Source of the DNA: the human T2T-CHM13v2.0 reference genome, Homo sapiens
Assembly: GCF_009914755.1 (NCBI RefSeq)
Contig: NC_060948.1
DNA: 64,000 bases
Strand: one strand, 5' to 3'
In this document: in pieces, positions 37,062 through 56,411 of the stretch
How the letters are laid out: the number at the start of each line of letters is the position of its first letter
How positions within the stretch are numbered: position 1 is the stretch's first letter
The notes under the pieces: model-generated
Told to the model about the DNA's origin: nothing
The model's input: only the letters and a program-made list of their open reading frames with translations
Database searches by the model: none
Made by a program: the position numbers and the translations under genes

Positions 37062-39166
37062 AGATCCATATTTTTTAAATGAAAAAAAATTTCAAAGGTA
37101 CTCTGCTTGGTACAATAATCAAATGTATAAACTGAGGAATAAAACATAACCATGAAACCTACTTATAACTGCATATGGAAAATACAGAGGATAATTTTTT
37201 AAATAACATATTTTGAAAGCCTTAACTAGTAATTTGAAGAGCTGGCATTTGAAAGGCCAGTATGAATATACCTTCAAAGCAGCAACACAGGTTCCCCATG
37301 AGAAAAAGCAAACACAGGGAAAATAAAAACACAAAGGTTCAATCTCTTCTGACCTTTGAAAGACACAGCACAGACAGTGGTCCTTAGGACGAAGAGCAGG
37401 AGACCCCTAATTCCGTCACCATGGCGATAGGGCATAAACATTGCTGGGTGAGGGCACAATCCACATTGTGAGGTCCAACTGCTGCCAGGAAGACAGGAGT
37501 GCTTTTACATAGACCGAAAGGTCATTGAAGGCTCAGAGTTTTGTTTCAAGAACTGAATCCCAAGCCCACACGTTATTAGGCTGCGCTTCTTAAAACAAGT
37601 TATGAGATGGGAAAAAGGGCACCCACAAACATACGTATACATTATGTATATAATAATATACAGTGTCATATATATAATATATATAACCTATGTATAATAT
37701 TGTTTTACATCCTGCATCTTATGTTATATATATTGTATAAAATATAATAATTGATAATATATAAGTTTTATATTTATACAATATGACATATAGTATATAT
37801 TATAATTTATGACATATATAATATATGTTATATATCATATATAGAATATATTATACGGTTAATATACGTATTAAATATAAATTATACATTATATATATTA
37901 TATATAATATATCTGTTATATATAATACCCGTTATGCATAATATATATATTATGTCTATGTTATATATAGTATAAAACAACATATAATAATATATAATTG
38001 TATATATAAAATGCGACATATAATATATATTATATTTTATAACATATATAATATATATTATATATTATATATAATACGTTGTATGTATAATACCTATATT
38101 AAATATATATTATATGACTATGTTATTAATTACATGTCACATGTGTTATATATTATATATTTTACATACAATATACCGGTTACATACAATATATACTATG
38201 TTACCTATAATGTATAATTTATTACATGTAAAATAAAGAATGCAATATATTATGTATAATTTATAATATACCATATGTGGAATGTGATATATATAACATA
38301 TAATATATGATATATGATATACAGTATATGATATATAACATACAATATATGATTCCTAATATATATGGTATACAATATATATTTTATGATATGTATTCTA
38401 TATGTTTTATATTCTGTTATATATAACTATTTGAAATTATATATAACTGTATAATATTTTATGTAAATATGTAATATAATATATATAACTATATAATATA
38501 TTATATATAACTATATATTATGTTATATATACTTTTATAACATAATTTACATAAAATATCATAATATAATATATATTATATTATTTCATATTACATAATA
38601 TATATTACATATCACCCAATATAACTAACATACATAATATTATAATATAGATTATATTGTGTTATATTAAATATCATATATATCATGTATCATATATTCT
38701 ATAATATATATTACACATTATATAATATGTATGTTGTCTATTATGTGATATATATAACTCTATATATAATTATATTTTTATACATATAACTAGATAAACA
38801 TGTAATTCTACATATTTTCATTTATAATATGTAGAATTATATAATCATATATAATTATTTATATTCTATAAAAAATTTTATCATTATATAAATTATAATA
38901 TATAAAAATTATAATATGTACTACAAATATATATATTATATATCATATATCATATAGTACCTTTGTTATATATCATAATACATATAAATGTGTATTATGT
39001 TATCTATAATTATATAATTTCATATATAAGATGTATAATATGTATCATATATTATATATGTTATGTAATATATATAGTATATATAAGATGACACAGGATA
39101 AATATTATATACTATGACATATAAAATATATGAGGTTATATGTTACATATAAGGCATAGCACATAA

Positions 39167-39481
<315 letters not shown>

Positions 39482-41609
39482 AGATCCATATTTTTTAAAT
39501 GAAAAAAAATTTCAAAGGTACTCTGCTTGGTACAATAATCAAATGTATAAACTGAGGAATAAAACATAACCATGAAACCTACTTATAACTGCATATGGAA
39601 AATACAGAGGATAATTTTTTAAATAACATATTTTGAAAGCCTTAACTAGTAATTTGAAGAGTTGGCATTTGAAAGGCCAGTATGAATATACCTTCAAAGC
39701 AGCAACACAGGTTCCCCATGAGAAAAAGCAAACACAGGGAAAATAAAAACACAAAGGTTCAATCTCTTCTGACCTTTGAAAGACACAGCACAGACAGTGG
39801 TCCTTAGGACGAAGAGCAGGAGACCCCTAATTCCGTCACCATGGCGATAGGGCATAAACATTGCTGGGTGAGGGCACAATCCACATTGTGAGGTCCAACT
39901 GCTGCCAGGAAGACAGGAGTGCTTTTACATAGACCGAAAGGTCATTGAAGGCTCAGAGTTTTGTTTCAAGAACTGAATCCCAAGCCCACACGTTATTAGG
40001 CTGCGCTTCTTAAAACAAGTTATGAGATGGGAAAAAGGGCACCCACAAACATACGTATACATTATGTATATAATAATATACAGTGTCATATATATAATGT
40101 ATATAACCTATGTATAATATTGTTTTACATCCTGCATCTTATGTCATATATATTGTATAAAATATAATAATTGATAATATATAAGTTTTATATTTATACA
40201 ATATGACATATAGTATATATTATAATTTATGACATATATAATATATGTTATATGTCATATATAGAATATATTATACGGTTAATATACGTATTAAATATAA
40301 ATTATACATTATATATATTATATATAATATATCTGTTATATATAATACCCGTTATGCATAATATATATATTATGTCTATGTTATATATAGTATAAAACAA
40401 CATATAATAATATATAATTGTATATATAAAATGCGACATATAATATATATTATATTTTATAACATATGTAATATATATTATATATTATATATAATACGTT
40501 GTATGTATAATACCTATATTAAATATATATTATATGACTATGTTATTAATTACATGTCACATGTGTTATATATTATATATTTTACATAGAATATACCGGT
40601 TACATACAATATATACTATGTTACCTATAATGTATAATTTATTACATGTAAAATAAAGAATGCAATATATTATGTATAATTTATAATATACCATATGTGG
40701 AATGTGATATATATAACATATAATATATGATATATGATATACAGTATATGATATATAACATACAATATATGATTCCTAATATATATGGTATACAATATAT
40801 ATTTTATGATATGTATTCTATATGTTTTATATTCTGTTATATATAACTATTTGAAATTATATATAACTGTATAATGTTTTATGTAAATATGTAATATAAT
40901 ATATATAACTATATAATATATTATATATAACTATATATTATGTTATATATACTTTTATAACATAATTTACATAAAATATCATAATATAATATATATTATA
41001 TTATTTCATATTACATAATATATATTACATATCACCCAATATAACTAACATACATAATATTATAATATAGATTATATTGTGTTATATTAAATATCATATA
41101 TATCATGTATCATATATTCTATAATATATATTACACATTATATAATATGTATGTTGTCTATTATGTGATATATATAACTCTATATATAATTATATTTTTA
41201 TACATATAACTAGATAAACATGTAATTCTACATATTTTCATTTATAATATGTAGAATTATATAATCATATATAATTATTTATATTCTATAAAAAATTTTA
41301 TCATTATATAAATTATAATATATAAAAATTATAATATGTACTACAAATATATATATTATATATCATATATGATATAGTACCTTTGTTATATATCATAATA
41401 CATATAAATGTGTATTATGTTATCTATAATTATATAATTTCATATATAAGATGTATAATATGTATCATATATTATATATGTTATGTAATATATATAGTAT
41501 ATATAAGATGACACAGGATAAATATTATATACTATGACATATAAAATATATGAGGTTATATGTTACATATAAGGCATAGCACATAACATGTAATATATAT
41601 CATATATAA

Positions 41610-41901
41610 TTTTTTTTTAGACAGAATCTTGTCCTGTTGCACAGGGCGGGGTACAATGGCGCCATCTTTGCTCACTGCAACTTCTGCCTCACGGGTCCAA
41701 GCGATTGTCCTCCCTCAGCCTCCCAGGTAGCTGGGACTACACCACACTGGGACTACACCAGCTGCCACCATGCCTAGCTAATTTTTTGGATTTTTAGTAG
41801 TGACAGCGTTTCACTGTATTGGCCAGGATGGTCTTGATCTCTTCACCTTGTGATCCCCTTGCCTTGGCCTCCAAATTTGCTGGGATTACAGGCCTGAGCC
41901 A
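41610..41901 (-). mobile_element. Diverged Alu of U18
   Basis: Same antisense Alu as U1. Confidence 0.92.
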
Positions 41902-44006
41902 AGATCCATATTTTTTAAATGAAAAAAAATTTCAAAGGTACTCTGCTTGGTACAATAATCAAATGTATAAACTGAGGAATAAAACATAACCATGAAACCT
42001 ACTTATAACTGCATATGGAAAATACAGAGGATAATTTTTTAAATAACATATTTTGAAAGCCTTAACTAGCAATTTGAAGAGTTGGCATTTGAAAGGCCAG
42101 TATGAATATACCTTCAAAGCAGCAACACAGGTTCCCCATGAGAAAAAGCAAACACAGGGAATATAAAAACACAAAGGTTCAATCTCTTCTGACCTTTGAA
42201 AGACACAGCACAGACAGTGGTCCTTAGGACGAAGAGCAGGAGACCCCTAATTCCGTCACCATGGCGATAGGGCATAAACATTGCTGGGTGAGGGCACAAT
42301 CCACATTGTGAGGTCCAACTGCTGCCAGGAAGACAGGAGTGCTTTTACATAGACCGAAAGGTCATTGAAGGCTCAGAGTTTTGTTTCAAGAACTGAATCC
42401 CAAGCCCACACGTTATTAGGCTGCGCTTCTTAAAACAAGTTATGAGATGGGAAAAAGGGCACCCACAAACATACGTATACATTATGTATATAATAATATA
42501 CAGTGTCATATATATAATATATATAACCTATGTATAATATTGTTTTACATCCTGCATCTTATGTTATATATATTGTATAAAATATAATAATTGATAATAT
42601 ATAAGTTTTATAATTATACAATATGACATATAGTATATATTATAATTTATGACATATATAATATATGTTATATATCATATATAGAATATATTATACGGTT
42701 AATATACGTATTAAATATAAATTATACATTATATATATTATATATAATATATCTGTTATATATAATACCCATTATGCATAATATATATATTATGTCTATG
42801 TTATATATAGTATAAAACAACATATAATAATATATAATTGTATATATAAAATGCGACATATAATATATATTATATTTTATAACATATGTAATATATATTA
42901 TATATTATATATAATACGTTGTATGTATAATACCTATATTAAATATATATTATATGACTATGTTATTAATTACATGTCACATGTGTTATATATTATATAT
43001 TTTACATAGAATATACCGGTTACATACAATATATACTATGTTACCTATAATGTATAATTTATTACATGTTAAATAAAGAATGCAATATATTATGTATAAT
43101 TTATTATATATAATATGTGGAATGTGATATATATAACATATAATATATGATATATGATATACAGTATATGATATATAACATACAATATATGATTCCTAAT
43201 ATATATGATATACAATATATATTTTATGATATGTATTCTATATGTTTTATATTCTGTTATATATAACTATTTGAAATTATATATAACTGTATAATATTTT
43301 ATGTAAATATGTAATATAATATATATAACTATATAATATATTATATATAACTATATATTATGTTATATATACTTTTATAACATAATTTACATAAAATATC
43401 ATAATATAATATATATTATATTATTTCATATTACATAATATTTATTACATATCACCCAATATAAGTAACATAGATAATATTATAATATAGATTATATTAT
43501 GTTATATTAAATATCATATATATCATGTATCATATATTCTATAATATATATTACACATTATATAATATGTATGTTGTCTATTATGTGATATATATAACTC
43601 TATATATAATTATATTTTTATACATATAACTAGATAAACATGTAATTCTACATATTTTCATTTATAATATGTAGAATTATATAATCATATATAATTATTT
43701 ATATTCTATAAAAAATTTTATCATTCTATAAATTATAATATATAAAAATTATAATATGTACTACAAATATATATATTATATATCATATATGATATAGTAC
43801 CTTTGTTATATATCATAATACATATAAATGTGTATTATGTTATCTATAATTATATAATTTCATATATAAGATGTATAATATGTATCATATATTATATATG
43901 TTATGTAATATATATAGTATATATAAGATGACACAGGATAAATATTATATACTATGACATATAAAATATATGAGGTTATATGTTACATATAAGGCATAGC
44001 ACATAA

Positions 44007-44321
<315 letters not shown>

Positions 44322-46417
44322 AGATCCATATTTTTTAAATGAAAAAAAATTTCAAAGGTACTCTGCTTGGTACAATAATCAAATGTATAAACTGAGGAAT
44401 AAAACATAACCATGAAACCTACTTATAACTGCATATGGAAAATACAGAGGATAATTTTTTAAATAACATATTTTGAAAGCCTTAACTAGTAATTTGAAGA
44501 GTTGGCATTTGAAAGGCCAGTATGAATATACCTTCAAAGCAGCAACACAGGTTCCCCATGAGAAACAGCAAACTCAGGGAAAATAAAACCACAAAGGTTC
44601 AAGCTCTTCTGACCTTTGAAAGACACAGCACAGACAGTGGTCCTTAGGACGAAGAGCAGGAGACCCCTAATTCCGTCACCATGGCGATAGGGCATAAACA
44701 TTGCTGGGTGAGGGCACAATCCACATTGTGAGGTCCAACTGCTGCCAGGAAGACAGGAGTGCTTTTACATAGACCGAAAGGTCATTGAAGGCTCAGAGTT
44801 TTGTTTCAAGAACTGAATCCCAAGCCCACACGTTATTAGGCTGCGCTTCTTAAAACAAGTTATGAGATGGGAAAAAGGGCACCCACAAACATACGTATAC
44901 ATTATGTATATAATAATATACAGTATCATATATATAATATATATAACCTATGTATAATATTGTTTTACATCTTGCATCTTATATTATATATATTGTCTAA
45001 AATATAATAATTGATAATATATAAGTTTTATATTTATACAATATGACATATAGTATATATTATAATTTATGGCATATATAATATATGTTATATATCATAT
45101 ATAGAATATATTATACGGTTAATATACGTATTAAATATAAATTATACATTATATATATTATATATAATATATCTGTTATATATAATACCCATTATGCATA
45201 ATATGTATATTATGTCTATGTTATATATAGTATAAAACAACATATAATAATACATAATTGTATATATAAAATGCGACATATAATATATATTATATTTTAT
45301 GACATATGTAATATATATTATATATTATATATAATACGTTGTATGTATAATACCTATATTAAATATATATTATATGACTATGTTATTAATTACATGTCAC
45401 ATGTGTTATATATTATATATTTTACATAGAATATACCGGTTACATACAATATATACTATGTTACCTATAATGTATAATTGATTACATGTAAAATAAAGAA
45501 TGCAATATATTATGTATAATTTATAATATACAATATGTGGAATGTGATATATATAACATAGAATATATGATACATGATATACAGTATATGATATATAACA
45601 TACAATATATGATACCTAGTATATATGGTATACAATATATATTTTATGATATGTATTCTATATGTTTTATATTCTGTTATATATAACTATTTGAAATTAT
45701 ATATAACTGTATAATATTTTATGTAAATATGTAATATAATATATATAACTATATAATATATTATATATAACTATATATTATGTTATATATACTTTTATAT
45801 CATAATTTACATAAAATGTCATAATATAATATATATTATATTATTTCATATTACATAATATATATTACATATCACCCAATATAAGTAACATACATAATAT
45901 TATAATATAGATTATATTATGTTATGTTAAATATCATATATATCATGTATCATATATTCTATAGTATATATTATACATTATATAATATGTATGTTGTCTA
46001 TTATGTGATATATATAACTATATATTATTATATTATTATAGATATAACTAGATAAACATGTAATTCTACATATTTTCTTTTATAATATATAGAATTCTAT
46101 AATCATATATAATTATTTATATTCTATAAAAAATTATATCATTATATAAATTATAATATAAAAAAATTATAATATGTACTACAAATATATATATTATATA
46201 TCATATATGATATAGTACCTTTGTTATATATCATAATACATATAAATGTGTATTATGTTATCTATAATTATATAATTTCATATATAAGATGTATAATATG
46301 TATTATATATTGTATATGTTATGTAACATATATAGTATATATAAGCTGACACAGGATAAATATTATATACTATGACATATAAAATATGTGAGGTTATATG
46401 TTACTTATAAGGCATAG

Positions 46418-46738
<321 letters not shown>

Positions 46739-48850
46739 AGATCCATATTTTTTAAATGAAAAAAAATTTCAAAGGTACTCTGCTTGGTACAATAATCAAA
46801 TGTATAAAGTGAGGAATAAAACATAACCATGAAACCTACTTATAACTGCATATGGAAAATACAGAGGATAATTTTTTAAATAACATATTTTGAAAGCCTT
46901 AACTAGTAATTTGAAGAGTTGGCATTTGAAAGGCCAGTATGAATATACCTTCAAAGCAGCAACACAGGTTCCCCATGAGAAACAGCAAACTCAGGGAAAA
47001 TAAAACCACAAAGGTTCAATCTCTTCTAACCTTTGAAAGACACAGCACAGACAGTGGTCCTTAGGACGAAGAGCAGGAGACCCCTAATTCCGTCACCATG
47101 GCGATAGGGCATAAACATTGCTGGGTGAGGGCACAATCCACATTGTGAGGTCCAACTGCTGCCAGGAAGACAGGAGTGCTTTTACATAGACCGAAAGGTC
47201 ATTGAAGGCTCAGAGTTTTGTTTCAAGAACTGAATCCCAAGCCCACACGTTATTAGGCTGCGCTTCTTAAAACAAGTTATGAGATGGGAAAAAGGGCACC
47301 CACAAACATACGTATACATTATGTATATAATAATATACAGTATCATATATATAATATATATAACCTATGTATAATATTGTTTTACATCCTGCATCTTATA
47401 TTATATATATTGTCTAAAATATAATAATTGATAATATATAAGTTTTATATTTATACAATATGACATATAGTATATATTATAATTTATGACATATATAATA
47501 TATGTTATATATCATATATAGAATATATTATACGGTTAATATACGTATTAAATATAAATTATACATTATATATATTATATATAATATATCTGTTATATAT
47601 AATACCCATTATGCATAATATGTATATTATGTCTATGTTATATATAGTATAAAATAACATATAATAATACATAATTGTATATATAAAATGCGACATATAA
47701 TATATATTTTATTTTATGACATATGTAATATATATTATATATTATATATAATACGTTGTATGTATAATACCTATATTAAATATATATTATATGACTATGT
47801 TATTAATTACATGTCACATATGTTATATATTATATATTTTACATAGAATATACCGGTTACATACAATATATACTATGTTACCTATAATGTATAATTGATT
47901 ACATGTAAAATAAAGAATGCAATATATTATGTATAATTTATAATATACAATATGTGGAATGTGATATATATAACATATAATATATGATATATGATATACA
48001 GTATATGATATATAACATACAATATATGATACCTAGTATATATGGTATACAATATATATTTTATGATATGTATTCTATATGTTTTATATTCTGTTATATA
48101 TAACTATTTGAAATTATATATAACTGTATAATATTTTATGTAAATATGTAATATAATATATATAACTATATAATATATTATATATAACTATATATTATGT
48201 TATATATACTTTTATAACATAATTTACATAAAATGTCATAATATAATATATATTATATTATTCCACATTACATAATATATATTACATATCACCCAATATA
48301 AGTAACATAGATAATATTATAATATAGATTATATTATGTTATATTAAATATCATATATATCATGTATCATATATTCTATAATATATATTACACATTATAT
48401 AATATGTATGTTGTCTATTATGTGATATATATAACTATATATATAATTATATTATTATACATATAACTAGATAAACATGTAATTCTACATATTTTCATTT
48501 ATAATATATAGAATTATATAATCATATATAATTATTTATATTCTATAAAAAATTATATCATTATATAAATTATAATATAAAAAAATTATAATGTGTACTA
48601 CAAATATATATATTATATATCATATATGATATAGTACCATTGTTATATATCATAATACATATAAATGTGTATTATGTTATCTATAATTATATAATTTCAT
48701 ATATAAGATATATAATATGTATTATATATTGTATATGTTATGTAATATATATAGTATATATAAGCTGACACAGGATAAATATTATATACTATGACATATA
48801 AAATATATGAGGTTATATGTTACATATAAGGCATAGCACATAACATGTAA

Positions 48851-49157
<307 letters not shown>

Positions 49158-51262
49158 AGATCCATATTTTTTAAATGAAAAAAAATTTCAAAGGTACTCT
49201 GCTTGGTACAATAATCAAATGTATAAACTGAGGAATAAAACATAACCATGAAACCTACTTATAACTGCATATGGAAAATACAGAGGATAATTTTTTAAAT
49301 AACATATTTTGAAAGCCTTAGCTAGTAATTTGAAGAGTTGGCATTTGTAAGGCCAGTATGAATATACATTCAAAGCAGCAACACAGGTTCCCCATGAGAA
49401 AAAGCAAACTCAGGGGAAATAAAACCACAAAGGTTCAATCTCTTCTGACCTTTGAAAGACACAGCACAGACAGTGGTCCTTAGGACGAAGAGCAGGAGAC
49501 CCCTAATTCCGTCACCATGGCGATAGGGCATAAACATTGCTGGGTGAGGGCACAATCCACATTGTGAGGTCCAACTGCTGCCAGGAAGACAGGAGTGCTT
49601 TTACATAGACCGAAAGGTCATTGAAGGCTCAGAGTTTTGTTTCAAGAACTGAATCCCAAGCCCACACGTTATTAGGCTGCGCTTCTTAAAACAAGTTATG
49701 AGATGGGAAAAAGGGCACCCACAAACATACGTATACATTATGTATATAATAATATACAGTATCATATATAAAATATGTATAACCAATGTATAATATTGTT
49801 TTACATCCTGCATCTTGTATTATATATATTGTATAAAATATAATAATTGATAATATATAAGTTTTATATTTATACAATATGACATATAGTATATATTATA
49901 CTTTATGACATATATAATATATGTTATATATCATATATAGAATATATTATACGGTTAATATATGTATTAAATATAAATTATACATTATATATATTATATA
50001 AAATATATCTGTTATATATAATACCCATTATGCATAATATATATATTATGTCTATGTTATATATAGTATAAAACAACATATAATAATATATAATTGTATA
50101 TATAAAATGCGACATATAATATATATTATATTTTATGACATATGTAATATATATTATATATTATATATAATACGTTGTATGTATAATACCTATATTAAAT
50201 ATATATTATATGACTATGTTATTAATTACATGTCACATATGTTATATATTATATATTTTACATAGAATATACCGGTTACATACAATATATACTATGTTAC
50301 CTATAATGTATAATTGATTACATGTAAAATAAAGAATGCAATATATTATGTATAATTTATAATATACAATATGTTGAATGTGATATATATAACATATAAT
50401 ATATGATATATGATATACAGTATATGATATATAACATACAATATATGATACCTAATATATATGGTATACAATATATATTTTAAGATATGTATTCTATATG
50501 TTTTATATTCTGTTATATATAACTATTTGAAATTATATATAACTGTATAATATTTTATGTAAATATGTAATATAATATATATAACTATATAATATATTAT
50601 ATATAACTATATATTATGTTATATATACTTTTATAACATAATTTACATAAAATGTCATAATATAATATATATTATATTATTTCACATTACATAATATATA
50701 TTACATATCACCCAATATAAGTAACATACATAATATTATAATATAGATTATATTATGTTATATTAAATATCATATATATCATGTATCATATATTCTATAA
50801 TATATATTACACATTATATAATATGTATGTTGTCTATTTTGTGATATATAAAACTATATATATAATTATATTATTATACATATAACTAGATAAACATGTA
50901 ATTCTACATATTTTCATTTGTAATATATAGAATTATATAATCATATATAATTATTTATATTCTATAAAAAATTATATCATTATATAAATTATAATATAAA
51001 AAAATTATAATATGTACTACAAATATACATATTATATATCATATATGATATAGTACCTTTGTTATATATCATAATACATATAAATGTGTATTATGTTATC
51101 TATAATTATATAATTTCATATATAAGATGTATAATATGTATTATATATTGTCTATGTTATGTAATATATATAGTATATGTAAGCTGACACAGGATAAATA
51201 TTATATACAATGACATATAAAATATATGAGGTTATATGTTACATATAAGGCATAGCACATAA

Positions 51263-51577
<315 letters not shown>

Positions 51578-53676
51578 AGATCCATATTTTTTAAATGAAA
51601 AAAAATTTCAAAGGTACTCTGCTTGGTACAATAATCAAATGCATAAACTGAGGAAAAACCATAACCATGAAACCTACTTATAACTGCATATGGAAAATAC
51701 AGAGGATAATTTTTTAAATAACATATTTTGAAAGCCTTAACTAGTAATTTGAAGAGTTGGCATTTGAAAGGCCAGTATGAATATACCTTCAAAGCAGCAA
51801 CACAGGTTCCCCATGAGAAAAAGCAAACTCAGGGAAAATAAAACCACAAAGGTTCAATCTCTTCTGACCTTTGAAAGACACAGCACAGACAGTGGTCCTT
51901 AGGACGAAGAGCAGGAGACCCCTAATTCCGTCACCATGGCGATAAGGCATAAACATTGCTGGGTGAGGGCACAATCCACATTGTGAGGTCCAACTGCTGC
52001 CAGGAAGTCAGGACTGCTTTTACATAGACCGAAAGGTCATTGAAGGCTCAGAGTTTTGTTTCAAGAACTGAATCCCAAGCCCACATGTTATTAGGCTGCG
52101 CTTCTTAAAACAAGTTATGAGATGGGAAAAAGGGCACCCACAAACATACGTATACATTATGTATATAATAATATACAGTATCATATATATAATATATATA
52201 ACCTATGTATAATATTGTTTTACATCCTGCATCTTATATTATATATATTGTATAAAATATAATAATTGATAATATATAAGTTTTATATTTATACAATATG
52301 ACATATATTATATATTATAATTTATGACATATATAATATATGTTATATATCATATATAGAATATATTATACGGTTAATATACGTATTAAATATAAATTAT
52401 ACATTATATATATTATATATAATATATCTGTTATATATAATACCCATTATGCATAATATATATATTATGTCTATGTTATATATAGTATAAAACAACATAT
52501 AATAATATATAATTGTATATATAAAATGCGACATATAATATATATTTTATTTTATGACATATGTAATATATATTATATATTATATATAATACGTTGTATG
52601 TATAATACCTATATTAAATATATATTATATGACTATGTTATTAATTACATGTCACATATGTTATATATTATATATTTTACATAGAATATACCGGTTACAT
52701 ACAATTTATACTATGTTACCTATAATGTATAATTGATTACATGTAAAATAAAGAATGCAATATATTATGTATAATTTATAATATACAATATGTGGAATGT
52801 GATATATATAACATATAATATATGATATATGATATACAGTATATGATATATAACATACAATATATGATACCTAATATATATGGTATACAATATATATTTT
52901 ATGATATGTATTCTATATGTTTTATATTCTGTTATATATAACTATTTGAAATTATATATAACTGTATATTTTATGTAAATATGTAATATAATATATATAA
53001 CTATATAATATATTATATATAACTATATATTATGTTATATATACTTTTATAACATAATTTACATAAAATGTCATAATATAATATATATTATATTATTTCA
53101 CATTACATAATATATATTACATATCACCCAATATAAGTAACATACATAATATTATAATATAGATTATATTATGTTATATTAAATATCATATATATCATGT
53201 ATCATATATTCTATAATATATATTACACATTATATAATATGTATGTTGTCTATTATGTGATATATATAACTATATATAATTATATTATTATACATATAAC
53301 TAGATAAACATGTAATTCTACATATTTTCATTTATAATATATAGAATTATATAATCATATATAATTATTTATATTCTATAAAAAATTATATCTTTATATA
53401 ATTTATAATATGAAAAAATTATAATATGTACTACAAATATATATATTATATATCATATATGATATAGTACCTTTGTTATATATCATAATACATATAAATG
53501 TGTATTATGTTATCTATAATTATATAATTTCATATATAAGATGTATAATATGTATTATATATTGTATATGTTATGTAATATATATAGTATATATAAGCTG
53601 ACACAGGATAAATATTATATACTATGACATATAAAATATATGAGGTTATATGTTACATATAAGGCATAGCACATAA

Positions 53677-53991
<315 letters not shown>

Positions 53992-56119
53992 AGATCCATA
54001 TTTTTTAAATGAAAAAAAATTTCAAAGGTACTCTGCTTGGTACAATAATCAAATGTATAAACTGAGGAATAAAACATAACCATGAAACCTACTTATAACT
54101 GCATATGGAAAATACAGAGGATAATTTTTTAAATAACATATTTTGAAAGCCTTAACTAGTAATTTGAAGAGTTGGCATTTGAAAGGCCAGTATGAATATA
54201 CCTTCAAAGCAGCAACACAGGTTCCCCATGAGAAACAGCAAACTCAGGGAAAATAAAACCACAAAGGTTCAAGCTCTTCTGACCTTTGAAAGACACAGCA
54301 CAGACAGTGGTCCTTAGGACGAAGAGCAGGAGACCCCTAATTCCGTCACCATGGCGATAGGGCATAAACATTGCTGGGTGAGGGCACAATCCACATTGTG
54401 AGGTCCAACTGCTGCCAGGAAGACAGGAGTGCTTTTACATAGACCGAAAGGTCATTGAAGGCTCAGAGTTTTGTTTCAAGAACTGAATCCCAAGCCCACA
54501 CGTTATTAGGCTGCGCTTCTTAAAACAAGTTATGAGATGGGAAAAAGGGCACCCACAAACATACGTATACATTATGTATATAATAATATACAGTATCATA
54601 TATATAATATATATAACCTATATATAATATTGTTTTACATCCTGCATCTTATATAATATATATTGTCTAAAATATAATAATTGATAATATATAAGTTTTA
54701 TATTTATACAATATGACATATAGTATATATTATAATTTATGACATATATAATATATGTTATATATCATATATAGAATATATTATACGGTTAATATACGTA
54801 TTAAATATAAATTATACATTATATATATTATATATAATATATCTGTTATATATAATACCTATTATGCATAATATGTATATTATGTCTATGTTATATATAG
54901 TATAAAACAACATATAATAATATATAATTGTATATATAAAATGCGACATATAATATATATTATATTTTATGACATATGTAATATATATTATATATTATAT
55001 ATAATACGTTGTATGTATAATACCTATATTAAATATATATTATATGACTATGTTATTAATTACATGTCACATGTGTTATATATTATATATTTTACATAGA
55101 ATATACCGGTTACATACAATATATACTATGTTACCTATAATGTATAATTTATTACATGTAAAATAAAGAATGCAATATATTATGTATAATTTATAATATA
55201 CAATATGTGGAATGTGATATATATAACATATAATATATGATATATGATATACAGTATATGATATATAACATACAATATATGATACCTAATATATATGGTA
55301 TACAATATATATTTTATGATATGTATTCTATATGTTTTATATTCTGTTATATATAACTATTTGAAATTATATATAACTGTATAATATTTTATGTAAATAT
55401 GTAATATAATATATATAACTATATAATATATTATATATAACTATATATTATGTTATATATACTTTTATAACATAATTTACATAAAATGTCATAATATAAT
55501 ATATATTATATTATTTCACATTACATAATATATATTACATATCACCCAATATAAGTAACATACATAATATTATAATATAGATTATATTATGTTATATTAA
55601 ATATCATATATATCATGTATCATATATTCTATAATATATATTACACATTATATAATATGTATGTTGTCTATTTTGTGATATATAAAACTATATATATAAT
55701 TATATTATTATACATATAACTAGATAAGCATGTAATTATACATATTTTCATTTGTAATATATAGAATTATATAATCATATATAATTATTTATATTCTATA
55801 AAAAATTATATCATTATATAAATTATAATATAAAAAAATTATAATATGTACTACAAATATATATATTATATATCATATATGATATAGTACCTTTGTTATA
55901 TATCATAATACATATAAATGTGTATTATGTTATCTATAATTATATAATTTCATATATAAGATGTATAATATGTATTATATATTGTCTATGTTATGTAATA
56001 TATATAGTATATGTAAGCTGACACAGGATAAATATTATATACTATGACATATAAAATATATGAGGTTATATGTTACATATAAGGCATAGCACATAACATG
56101 TAATATATATCATATATAA

Positions 56120-56411
<292 letters not shown>

